Shown here piece after piece: positions 12,083-23,060 of a DNA stretch of 64,000 nucleotides; the stretch's first letter is position 1, and each line of letters opens with the position of its first letter. Source of the DNA: Azolla caroliniana (Eukaryota > Plantae > Polypodiophyta); assembly GCA_043228905.1 (NCBI GenBank), contig JBHGNT010000001.1, positions 5,332,001 to 5,396,000 of the forward strand, read 5' to 3'. The translations under genes and the position numbers were made by a program. The notes beneath the pieces were generated by a model. That model was not told the origin of the DNA. It saw nothing but the letters and a program-made list of their open reading frames with translations, and made no database searches.

Positions 12083-13798
12083 ATGGCACCTTCAAACATC
12101 GCCCCTGTCGAACACATTGCACCAACAGGCCCCTCGATCGGTAACGGAAAAAACATCTCTGATAGCGGGGGTCCTTTTGAGATTATTTTCAACAACGAAG
12201 AGATGCTTCTACTTGAGAAAGAGATAGAGCGCCTTGAGCGAATAACGGTCATATGCCGAGTGATGGGATCACGACCAAACAGAGGGTTGTTGTGAGATAT
12301 GTTGCAAGCTCAATTCCATTCACAACTCCGTGGTATAAAAGAAGTCCAACCGCTTGGTAAAGGCTTTTATCAAATCATACTAGAAGACAAGGAGTCTGCA
12401 ACGAACCTCATAGCACTTTCCCCCTGCCAGGTCCGAAATACATGGTTGTTCATGCGTAAATGGACACATGGTTTTTACCCAGAGAAAGCCGCACAACAGG
12501 ATGACTCCATGAAAAAGGTAACAATGTTGTTTCCTGGACTATCCCTAGAATACAACATGTTACTACCTACTATTGGCAACTCCTTTGGGATGATGTTGGA
12601 TGAGGAACTAACGCTAGCACCTAGGCCCTCCCTCTATCTGCCTCTTGGTGCAGGACATCAATAAACTTCAGATCCTCATTCCCAGGAAAAACGGAATGCG
12701 AATTGAACAACGCATAGAAGTGATTGGCGCACCGGGGCAATGTTTTGCATGCAAAAAACTTGGTCATTTAAAAAAGAATTGCCCCACAAGACATATTAAA
12801 GATCCTACAAAGGAGACTCTAGAAGGTCAGGATACCATAAGACATCAAAAGCCTCCCCCACCACGACCCGACAAGGCTGTGATGGAATGGCGAGTGTTGG
12901 AAAAAACCCATGTCCTTCGAAAAACATCACCGGCACAAAATCCTCCATCGCCTATGAGCCCAAATTGCTTTGATCTACTACAAGAGCTCCCCCCCACAGA
13001 TGAGCATTCCCCTAGTTCTTTCGTAAGCCCCAAGGAACGACCTAAGGTGACACCAAGCACCCAAGAGAAAGTTCTCGTTAAAGCTTACAAAACAGGGAAA
13101 CACAGACGAATAAGTCATGTAAAGACCCTAATAAGGAGCTTGAGTGGCACGACACCCAATGCAGAAGCAACAACCCAAGGCAGAAGTGTGAGTGTGCTTC
13201 CTCTAGCCAAGACCTTTAACCACACCCACAAAACGCCTTGAAATGGCTAGGTATAGGGCTCAAGACAGTGGAAAAAATAAGGGTACATGTATCAGCAGTG
13301 CACAATAACGGAGTTCCGACGACCTCAATCTCCTTTCCACTCTTGCTTCCGACTCAGGAAGATTGGTCGAAATCCAAGATTAAAGATATGTTATGTAGCC
13401 AAGCAGCGTGCCTTGTAGCACAAATAAAAGATGAAGAGCTCATGAATGAACTAAAGCAACATTGGCATATCACTGAATTCTGGTGCACCATGGATGAAGA
13501 GGACCCCCATCTTTGCCACATCCACCTGCGGACTATCATCAACACCCAACTAACTCCAAGCTTTGTCTATTTCTATGAGAAGCATGAAGGGGCAATTGAA
13601 GCTCACAAGATAGCCCACAAACTCCACTCATGGATGTGGACCACTATTCCATCCCTGGAAATGACTGAATGTCTAAATGGTGAGTGCTCCCCACTCACGA
13701 CCTTCTATACAAAGCACCAGGCACAACTGGCAACCTCCCCCCCCCCCTTCCATGAGTATGAAGATTATAACATGGAACGTGCAAGGACTCAGAAGTAG
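12083..13798 (+). pseudogene. LINE B ORF1 (RRM-like region, CCHC knuckle, extra C-terminal domain), disrupted
   Basis: EIERLERITVICRVMGSRPNRGLL*DMLQ aligns by eye with LINE A EIERLRRTSFVCRFLAGRPNRGMIRDMLQ. Knuckle CFACKKLGHLKKNC. Frameshifts near 12650 and 13100. Confidence 0.82.
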
Positions 13799-16700
13799 AC
13801 TAGACCAGCAAAATAGATGGAAACTGAGAAGGGATCTTGAAGAATATTTACTAGGGAGTGGTGCTGACATCATCATGTTGCAGGAACACCACCTCGATAG
13901 CACACAGTTAAAGGAAGTTGGAGACCTTCTACCAGGATCATGGCGAACGATTTGGGAGCCAGCAATTGGGGAGGATGGGAATCATGGTGGTATTTGCACT
14001 TTGATTCGGGAACATCTAGCCCAAGGCTTACTACACCAAGAATCACTTATACCTGGTAGGGCACATTTTTGCACGCTGACCATCCAAGGGCAACGATGGA
14101 ACTTCATGAATGTTTATGCTCCAAATAACAGAACAGAAAGAGCAACATTCTGGGACCGCATCCGCCTACAAGTAGTGGGTGCGGAAGAGTGGTGCATTGG
14201 AGGGGATTTTAATATGATCGAATCCATTCATGATAGCTCCAACAACAACCCCATAGTTCTACAAGGAAGGGAACGCAAACAATGGGAGAGGCTATGTGTC
14301 CACCTTAAACTGCGAGACATCTGGCATTCTGCCAACTTCCAATGGAAAAGGGATTCTCTCCTATTCTCCCGATCAGACGGGCGGAATAGTGGACCCACCC
14401 TATCTCGCATTGACCGCATTTATGTGGGGGAGGCTTTAGAAGCGAAGGGAGGGTGGTGTCGCATAACTCTAGGCACGACTTTCTCTGACCATTACCCGGT
14501 AGATGGTCATTTTCAATTGCACCGAAAATGGGGCCCATTCTAGACTCGCATCCAACACACTATTTACACACTTATAGACGTGAAGGACCAACTATCCAAC
14601 CAATGGTCATTACCCGTCAATGGCTCATCAGCATCGGACAAACTCATCATTACCCACAAAGGAATTCTTCCGCTCCAAAGGCTCGAGGCACGCTAGAACT
14701 GTGATGCGCAGCCTCAACCGGGAGGATGGAACGACCACTGAGGATGGCGACAAAATTAGGAATATTGCCACAAGGTATTATAGCCGCCTACTTACCGAAG
14801 ACATGATAGCTACAAGAGAAGACATAAGCGATGATATTATCCTCCGAAGCATACCTGAGAAAGTCACACCGGAAGTGAATACCTGGCTCGTGCGTCCCCT
14901 ATCAATCATTGAGATATGGGAGGCCCTCACTGATTTAGATGCCGAGAGTTGCCCCGGAATTGACGGTCTCACCCCGCACTTTTTCACATGCCTTTGGGGC
15001 ACTATTAAAGAAGACCTCCTCCAAGCATATGAGGAGATCATCACCTTTGGAAGCATGCCAGAGGAATTTGGACAGGGGATGATACATCTCATTCCTAAAA
15101 GTGGTGGGAATGCCAACGACATTCACAAGTGGCGGCCCATTACTCTTCTCAATACTGTCTATAAGTTGCTCGCAAAAATCGTGGCACGCCGTTTAACTCC
15201 ACTTCTCCCTCAACTCATTCATCCGTCCCAGACAAGTTTCGTTAGAAATCAGAGCATCCTAGACAACCTCTTCTCATTTTGGGAAGCAGTAGCCCTTGCC
15301 AAGCAGACCAACAAGAAGGTAGCGGTGGTGCTACTAGATTTTGAGAAACCATATGACAGGGTATGCTGGAACTTTCTAGAAAGTGTGATGAGGAAACTTG
15401 GCTTTCAAGAGACATGGATCAAAGGCATTGCAGGATTTTATAGGAATGGCAGCAATTGCGTTTCGCTAGCAGGTGAAAGGGGCCCCTTTTTCCAAATATC
15501 CCGCTCTGTACGGCAGGGATGCCCACTAGTTCCATCCTTATTTCTATTATACACCGAAGCACTCTCTTGCATTCTCAACTCGCGGCATCTCAACCTACGT
15601 GGTCTTCCCATACCTCATTCTTACCAAAGCATCCTGGATATAGAATTTGCAGATGACACAGCAGTCTACCTGCAAGGGGACCTGGCAAACCTCCAAAAGC
15701 TAGAAAGTGGGCTAGTTTTATTTTGTAAACGATCCAACGCCATGATCAATTGGCACAAATCCTGTGCAATATGGCTCTCTCAGGAAACACATCTGGCGCG
15801 GCACCCACACCCCGCTTTCAAGTGGATCAATCAAGGAGCGAGCACCAAATATTTGGGCTTCCAAATTGGTTTCAACATACCGCTGGAGACTATGATTGCA
15901 CCCGTTATCCTTTCCATTCGACAAAAGTTGATACATTGGAGCTCTAAAAAATTGTCGCTAGCACGTCGCATCATAGTGGCAAATCAGGTACTCCTCGCAA
16001 CAGCATGGTACAGTCTATCATGCTAGACAATCTCCAAGGAAAGTATACATCAGATTCAACGACTGGTCCGCAACTACATTTGGTCTGGTAAGGAAGACCA
16101 TGTAGCTCGCACCAAGGTGGCGTGGCCTATACTCACAACGCCTAAGTCGAGAGGGGGATTGGGTCTTATTGATCCCCTTTCACAATCGAAAGCCTTACTT
16201 GCCAAATTTGTGGTGCGAGGACTCCAACCAGGAAATGATTGTTGGAAAATGCTACTGAGGTTACGTTTCACTTACTTTAGGCCACGAAAAGGGGTCAATT
16301 GGGCCCCCCAAACGGGATGGATTCTAAACATGGATCTCAAACCTAGTTTCTCTCGCCATTTGGAGGACAGATTCAGTGCATCCATGTGGAAGGCATGGTG
16401 TAACATTCGTCGAGGGCTCTAGTGTGATCAACCGAGATCCGAACCTGCCTGGCTTAGTCAACGTATCCTATGGAACCCATGTCTCAAGGATGAATCTAAT
16501 CAACTACTGGGATCACGTAAGGGGTGGACTATGAGATCGGACATCATTAATGCGCTACTGATTAGGGAATCTGCTACTCAAAGGACGACAATGGAGAAAT
16601 GGATAGGCCACGAGGAGGAGGGTTCTCTGATCCCGAGAGGTAGGGGATCACCAGATAGACTCGAAGGCCCTGAATTGCGAGACACTGAGACACCCACACA

Positions 16701-17648
16701 GAATAACACCATTCAAGTACTTGCGTACACTGGTCAGAAATGGATTGTAGATCCTGATCCGATCAAAGTACAACCCGATTGGCATATATGTACTCATGAA
16801 AACACATGGCTACGTAAGGTTAGTTGGGACCCTTTGCAATGGACATGGCGTGATCCCTATGCGGGGCAAGGAAGCAAACCCATCCCTTTCTTCCAATTCA
16901 CAACTAGATTGGGTCGCCACATTCTAGCTGCTCAAGCCGCCCGAGAACCGGCTGCTGCGAAGGTCTGGCACACATTTCAAGTTCCCTCCGCAATAATCAC
17001 CAAGTTTTGGCAGAAAATCTGGAAGCAACAACACGCGAGGCGAATTACCACTTTCCAATGGCTGTTAATACATAAGTCCCTACCGGTGGGAGCATGGCAA
17101 CGTGGGAACCTTAGCTCTCCTAATTGTGTAGAGTGCCCACATGCAGTAGAATCCATATGACACGCTCTGTGGGACTGCCCAACGTCCCATAGAATATGGC
17201 GGGGGGTTGGCCGCTTGTTGCAATTATGTCAGGTGCAAGGTTCAATCAAGTGGGGAAATATATGTTGGCTATCATGGCATGCTGCAATTGGCCGATACGA
17301 GCATCAGGAGGAGGGGATGACTTTGGTGATAAAAGCACAAGAGGTCCTTTTCTCCTCCAGCGGCAATGTCCACTCTATTCCTCTTAATGACAAATCTCAA
17401 GAGGTGTTGGAATTGGTCAACCCAATAACCCTTTGGATTCTATGGAAACAACGATGTAGGCGAGTCTTCTCCAACCAAACTGCCCATCCAACAAGGTTAC
17501 TGCAAGAGATGGCCTTAAAGGTGGCTCCGAGGGAGTTGAAAGACAACGCATAGCCTTCATCCAACAATGGTCGTCCTCTCCCTTTCTTGAGTCAGTGGGC
17601 TTCCACATTAGATGGAACTATCGTGTCCCTTTAGGGATTTGTACATAA
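13758..17648 (+). pseudogene. LINE B ORF2 (endonuclease, RT, zf-RVT), disrupted
   Basis: MKIITWNVQGL, LQEHH, NVYAPN, GDFN, SRIDRIY, FSDH; PGIDG, WRPITLLN, LDFEKPYDRV, RQGCPL, FADD, KYLG; CVEC..ESI*HALWDC. EN-RT linker is shorter than in LINE A, suggesting a deletion. Confidence 0.93.
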
Positions 17649-18148
17649 TCGTCTCATTTGTAAAATTTTATAACTAATGGAAGGAGTTTTTTTTGGAATT
17701 TTTTTTTTTTAAAAATGGATAATGGATGGCTCATCGGCAAAAACAACATTCCCAAAAAGTCCCTAAGGATAATATACAAAAAGCTCACCAATAAATCAAA
17801 ACACATTAGATGAGGAGCTCATCTCCTACTTACTCACCAATAGACCCTCATCCTCACCCTAACCTCCCTCCCACCCCTTCCCCCAACACACTTTCCTAAT
17901 TTTGTTTTGAAGGATAACATACAAAAATCTTGCCACAAAATAAAAAACATTAAGTGAGAAGCTCATCACCCATTTGCCCACAAATAGACATCCCCCCTTC
18001 CCCTCTAAAATATATTTAGAAGTGTTTGCATGTGTTGATGGAAGTGAGTAGGGAGATCATTAAATTTGAGAAAGTTAAATTATGTAGAATACATAGGTTA
18101 TAGATCCATAGGAATTATATAAAATAACAAACTCAATTTTATCTAGAT

Positions 18149-18937
18149 TTTTGGAATTGTACAGAGGTGATTAGCATTTGGTGTAGAAGCCTTCGAATTG
18201 TGGCAGCCTATGGTGTGAAAGGGAACATTGTGTGGGGCTCAATACAAGGGTTGTCCTTAAAAGGGGAAAGTTGGGGCGAACACTTAAACCCACAAGGACA
18301 TGGATTTATAGTGCAGGGCGGTGGCATGTTCCAATGTGATGGGGTGAGACCAGGCACAAATTCTGAAATTTTTGAGGAGATTTGGCTTATGGTGGCGTGT
18401 TTGACGGCCTGGCACATCTGGATCAGGTGTTGTAAGGTTGTTTTTCAGCAGCAAAAGATCTCATGCGGGGAGATGATGTTAAATATCTGGTTTGATCTTG
18501 TGGCTTGGTTGCGCGGTCTATATGATTCGATTCAAGGGGATTTGGAAGAAGCAGAAAGGGCAAGGTCAAAGTTCTTGCTGAAATGGAGTAGCTCTCCCAT
18601 GCTAGTCAAATCTTCATCGAGGCCTAAGTGGAATTACCAAGCACCTAGGTGGTTGTTTCCACCGATGGCTCCCAATATTGTACATGTAATTATGTATGTA
18701 TAGCTGACAGAAACGTGTGTCAGGGAGTAGTAGAGTCGGGGTAAAATAGGGTTTAATTCAATTTTGCTTGAGTTAAGGATTGGTTGAGTTTTTTTGTTGT
18801 TTTTGGTTGATAGTTTTGGAGTTGTTTCGCCAAGTTGTATATGTTGATCCCATTATGGATTTGGATAAACTTTGTTGTATTCTATTTGCTAACTAATGCG
18901 AAGTAGTGGTTTTTTGGAAATAAAAAAATAAAAAAAT
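18149..18937 (+). mobile_element. 5'-truncated LINE (family C): ORF2 C-terminus, 3' UTR, A-rich tail
   Basis: ORF 18167..18703 ends PKWNYQAPRWLFP, versus PRWNYQPPRWLFP in LINE A. A-rich tail at 18918-18936. Confidence 0.85.
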
Positions 18938-19414
18938 AGTGAACTTGTTGCCTTGCAAGCTAAATAATGGACTTCATGATGATGAAATAGGAAGAGGTTG
19001 ACTTATGTAAATACCTAGATAGACATCGAAAGGCTGCATTGTTACACAAATACAATCTATGGAGACAGTGACAATAATTTTTAACGTGTGTAAGAGTTCA
19101 AAAATGACTTATGGAACCTAAAGAGCAAGAACTTTATCTTAGTGGGATTACCTTTCTGTCGTCTCATGTTATTACCCCAAGGGTTTACCTTGCCATCAAA
19201 TCCTCATTATCGTAATATGGCTAGCAAGGTTATGCTTATTATATTTTAAGGTATTTATTATTGTATTACAAGAATTGATACAACTCATAGACGACAAAAT
19301 TTAACCATGGCTAGTATGAGACAATTTGTCATTAGAAAGTGAGGCTATAATTCCATTACCATTCTAGAAACTAAGGCTATAATTTGCTTGCCATGTTTAG
19401 AATAGGACAATACT

Positions 19415-19735
19415 TAATTTCATTGGTAATACATTAGTAGATATGTATGTTAAATGTGGGTCACTTGCCAAGGCACACATAGTATTTAGCATGCTTTCAG
19501 TCCAAGAACATGTCTCTTTGTAATGCACAGATTGCAGGATATGCTAAGAATGGGAAATTTGAGGAAGTGCTCAATCAAATCTATCAAATCAAGGATTCAT
19601 GGCTAGCCATTGTCTTACACAAGATGGGCTTGGTAAGGATAGTCGCTTCCTTTCCATCTATTTTGTATTTTGTAGGTGATATGCTTTTTAAAACTTATGG
19701 AAAGATATGTTCTTTTGAAAAAATGAAGAAAAAAG
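19415..19735 (+). pseudogene. Short PPR gene fragment
   Basis: Reads NFIGNTLVDMYVKCGSLAKAHIVF, then NAQIAGYAKNGKFEEVL in another frame. Confidence 0.7.
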
Positions 19736-20061
19736 GAGAATACTTAGGTTGTCAATTTTATTAGCATACATTATACACCATATAATAATTAAACATTTGT
19801 GATGAGGTGAATCTAACTCCATTCAAATTAAAGTTACATTGTACATACATCACATCAATAAGCATTTTGATGCAAATATAATCTCATTCTACAATTCCAA
19901 TAGTATTTTATAGTCCCTTTAGTACTCAATTATGAAGGCGTCAACATATTTACAGTTCCATATGTCCAAGACACATAGGTATGCATTTTAAAAGGGTGTC
20001 TTATAATGATACATATGGACATTGGAATTTATAGTACGTTTCACAATGTGGACTTTTACTG

Positions 20062-20662
20062 TTTCCCCCCCCCAAAAAAAACACTACTTCGCATTAGTTA
20101 GCAAATAGAATACAACAGAGTTTACTCGAATCCACAATGGGATCAACATATACAATTCAAAGGAGCAACTCCAAAACTATTAAAAACAAAAACAAAAACT
20201 TACACGGCCCCTAACTCCCCCCGCATGAGAGCTTTTGGTGCTAAAAAACAAACTTCTCAAAATGTGCTAGACCGATATGCACACCACCATAAGCCAAATC
20301 TCATAAAAAAATTCAGAATTTGTGCCAAGTCTCACCCCAACATATTGGAACACGCTACCACCCTACACTATAAATCCATGTCCCTATGGGTTTAATTGTT
20401 TTTTAGGGACAATCCTTGTATGGAGCCCCACAAAACGTTCCCATTCACACCACAAGCTGCCAAGATTCGAAGGCTTCTACTCCAAATGTTAATCACCTTT
20501 GTACAATTCCAAAAATAGTGAGAGATTAATTCCAAAGCATGTCCACATAACTTACAGCTAGCCTCGCCACCACAGGAACTCAACCACTCCCCTACAAGTA
20601 CTGCCTTGTGGCTAAGAAGCCATAACCAAACCTTTATTTTTTCTGGCATATCCATTGCCCAT
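20062..20662 (-). mobile_element. 5'-truncated, internally deleted LINE (family C), inverted relative to 18149-18937
   Basis: zf-RVT fragment KIKVWLWLL..CKLC..HYFWNC. Clear nucleotide similarity to 18149-18470 and 18800-18915. Degenerate TSD TGGACTTTTA(C)TGTT at 20049-20063 and 20663-20676. Confidence 0.85.
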
Positions 20663-20897
20663 TGGACTTTTATGTTATTATATCTTATGACTCACAATAG
20701 TTCTCAAGGAAATGTATCAAGCCTTCTAATTTTTAGAATTATAAATCCTACCGCTAGTAAAAAAGTAATGTAATTAATACAATTTAATATAGTCTCACCA
20801 CAAGAAATGGGATTCTCCATCTCATGGGCCAAATTTGGTCTTAGAAGATAGTTAATCTCTCTCTCTCTCTCTCTTTTTATTTATTTATTTATTGTAA

Positions 20898-21021
20898 TTA
20901 GCTTACCCTAGTGGTAAGTCGATAACATTACAAGCATTGTGTCTTGGGTTCAAAACCCAATTTCATATCTCTCTCTCTGTGTCTTGGGTTCAAAACCCAA
21001 TTTCATATCTCTCTCTCTCTC
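20898..21021 (+). repeat. Degenerate tRNA/SINE-like head with a 40-bp tandem duplication, between CT microsatellites
   Basis: A-box-like TAGTGGTAAG and B-box-like GGGTTCAAAACCC. TGTGTCTTGGGTTCAAAACCCAATTTCATATCTCTCTCTC occurs twice in tandem (20938-21017). Confidence 0.45.
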
Positions 21022-21189
21022 TGCTTCTCACAAACCATACACTCTATTTGACATGTAGAATATTATAAAAGGCAAGGAAAAATGTGGAATATTATTGAAG
21101 TTAATACAAAGTTCTAATATTAGTATGGGATTAATTATACACGTACGTTCTCACAATTCTTGTGATCAATAATTGAAGGTTGTTGGAGG

Positions 21190-21690
21190 TGATTGTCATA
21201 CCACAAATCAACACAAGTTATCGTATTCATGGCTTGGCTTGCCTAGTTTTGTCTAGGTTTGCACTTATGTCCCCATTTCCTTGCCTAGTTTACTTACCCT
21301 AAACCCACATGTTTGTCACATTCCTATTTGGTTAGGTTCTTGCAATGTGCCTTGATTATCCATAACATTGAAAAGGTTATGGGCGCAATGACTTGAGATT
21401 TTAGCTTTTGTAGACAATTTGAATCATGTTCCATTGATTGTTCTACCACAAATCAACAAAAGTTATCAAATACATTTACTTTCCTTATATACTTATCTTA
21501 GCTTGAATGAGCTTGATTGGTTTTGCATTTAGCTTGCTTTGCCTTGTTTATCTACCCTATGTTTGCATGTTTGGGTAGCTTCTTTCAATGTGCCTCGATT
21601 TTCAATAATAGAGACAAAGGCTATGGGCACAACGACATGATTTTTTTTGTGAGCGATTTAAATCATGTTCTATCAATAGTCATCGGGTTC
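21190..21690. repeat. Old tandem duplication, period about 245 bp
   Basis: ACCACAAATCAACA(C/A)AAGTTATC at about 21200 and 21446; AAAGG(T/C)TATGGGC(G/A)CAA(T/C)GAC at about 21372 and 21616. Confidence 0.55.
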
Positions 21691-22336
21691 ATGATGTTGG
21701 GCACTTATTCAATTGTCTTTCAAAGAGATGTTTAACATAATATATCCCTAATATGAGGTAACTTCAATGAGAGAGGGTTGATTAGGCATACTGAGGCGCA
21801 TCTTTCATATGTCATTGGGGGAGTCTCCATTTGAGCTTTTCCATCAAGACTTCCTCTTGTTAGTTGGCATATGACGGGTGGCAAAGTTTAGAGGCATAAT
21901 AGAAGTGGGACGAGAACATTGAGGGACTAGAGCTTGGTTGTTGAGGGTTGTGCTTGATTTCTTCAAGTTGAATGATAGAAGATGAGGAGATTTGAAGTGA
22001 AGGGGAAGAGGTTTCAAGTAGTGGTGCAAACCATGCATTGTCGCAAAGAAGAATGCCCACAAGTCCAATTCTTTTGGCATTATCAATATATGTTTGAGAT
22101 TCCAATAATTTGGACAAGGTGAAGGGAGTTATGTAAGTCTGCATTCTTTTGTTATGGTCGACAGAGGGAGGCAATGATATAAGAGAGGTTAGAATGGGTA
22201 GACATGGTTGTTTTGCGGGTAAGCCATTTTGATGAAGAAAATTGTAATGAACAAGAAAGGACATGGTAAGTAGAATAGGCAATGCATAGGGAGGACCTAG
22301 GTCCAAATCCAAAGCAAGACTAGATAGGTAGAACGA

Positions 22337-23060
22337 TGTCGTAGTGTATTTCGTACACTACGTGAAAAAGTAAAAAATAATATAACCGATTTAATTACAT
22401 ATAAATAAATAAAATAATATATCAAGATATTTATCACGTGCATAGGGCAAGATTTGAACCCTGTACCTCCACGTAGCCAAACCTCAACTTTACCATTATG
22501 CTACCTTATCTTTAGTGTTTTATAAATAGATTTAATAACTATAAGTGCTTTATTTGCGCCTACCTTTATTAAAAGGTAAATCATGTATTTTTAGAGTGCG
22601 TGAATATTTTATAGAAAAACGCAAGCGACTAAAAAGTGACTCATGCACATCTAGCGTGCATGAGCACTATATTTAGCAAATAAAAGCAAGGATTAGAAAA
22701 GCATCACATGCACATTTAGTGTGCATGAACATATTAGAAAAAAAAAGCATGTAGCTATGCTTAGTCTCTCCCATCACTACATAAGGATGGGGAGCACAAT
22801 GTAATAGGTGTGTGAAAAATATTTGGGAAATTGGATATATTTCCTAAAACACCAACAATCAATAAAATATACTCGTGGGATTCACGAAGTTTAAGATAAT
22901 CTATCTCTTTCAATCTAAATTCATATTCTTACATAAATATTGATTAATGTAATACTTGTGGGATTCACAAGATTAGCCTCAAATTCTTCCTCCTCCTAGT
23001 CCAAAACCTCGGCGGTTCCCACCCGACTCACGCAACGATCCGGAGCCGAAAGGCACGACA
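22337..23060. mobile_element. Probable solo LTR (~724 bp)
   Basis: Termini TGTCGT...ACGACA, flanked by the direct repeat ACGA (22333-22336, 23061-23064). No coding capacity. Confidence 0.5.

Larger units (their letters stand above)
11660..17710 (+). mobile_element. L1-clade LINE retrotransposon B, full length, decayed
   Basis: Perfect 16-bp TSD AAAAATGGATAATGGA at 11644-11659 and 17711-17726. GC-rich 5' leader, ORF1 and ORF2 remnants in between. Confidence 0.95.

Noticed and set aside
12293-17160. In-frame TGA/TAG stops in LINE ORFs as U-to-C editing or readthrough sites
   Set aside because: Such editing is organellar. The stops fit methyl-C deamination and occur alongside frameshifts.
21844-22312. 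150-aa and 80-aa minus-strand ORFs
   Set aside because: No recognisable domain; probably decayed repeat sequence.
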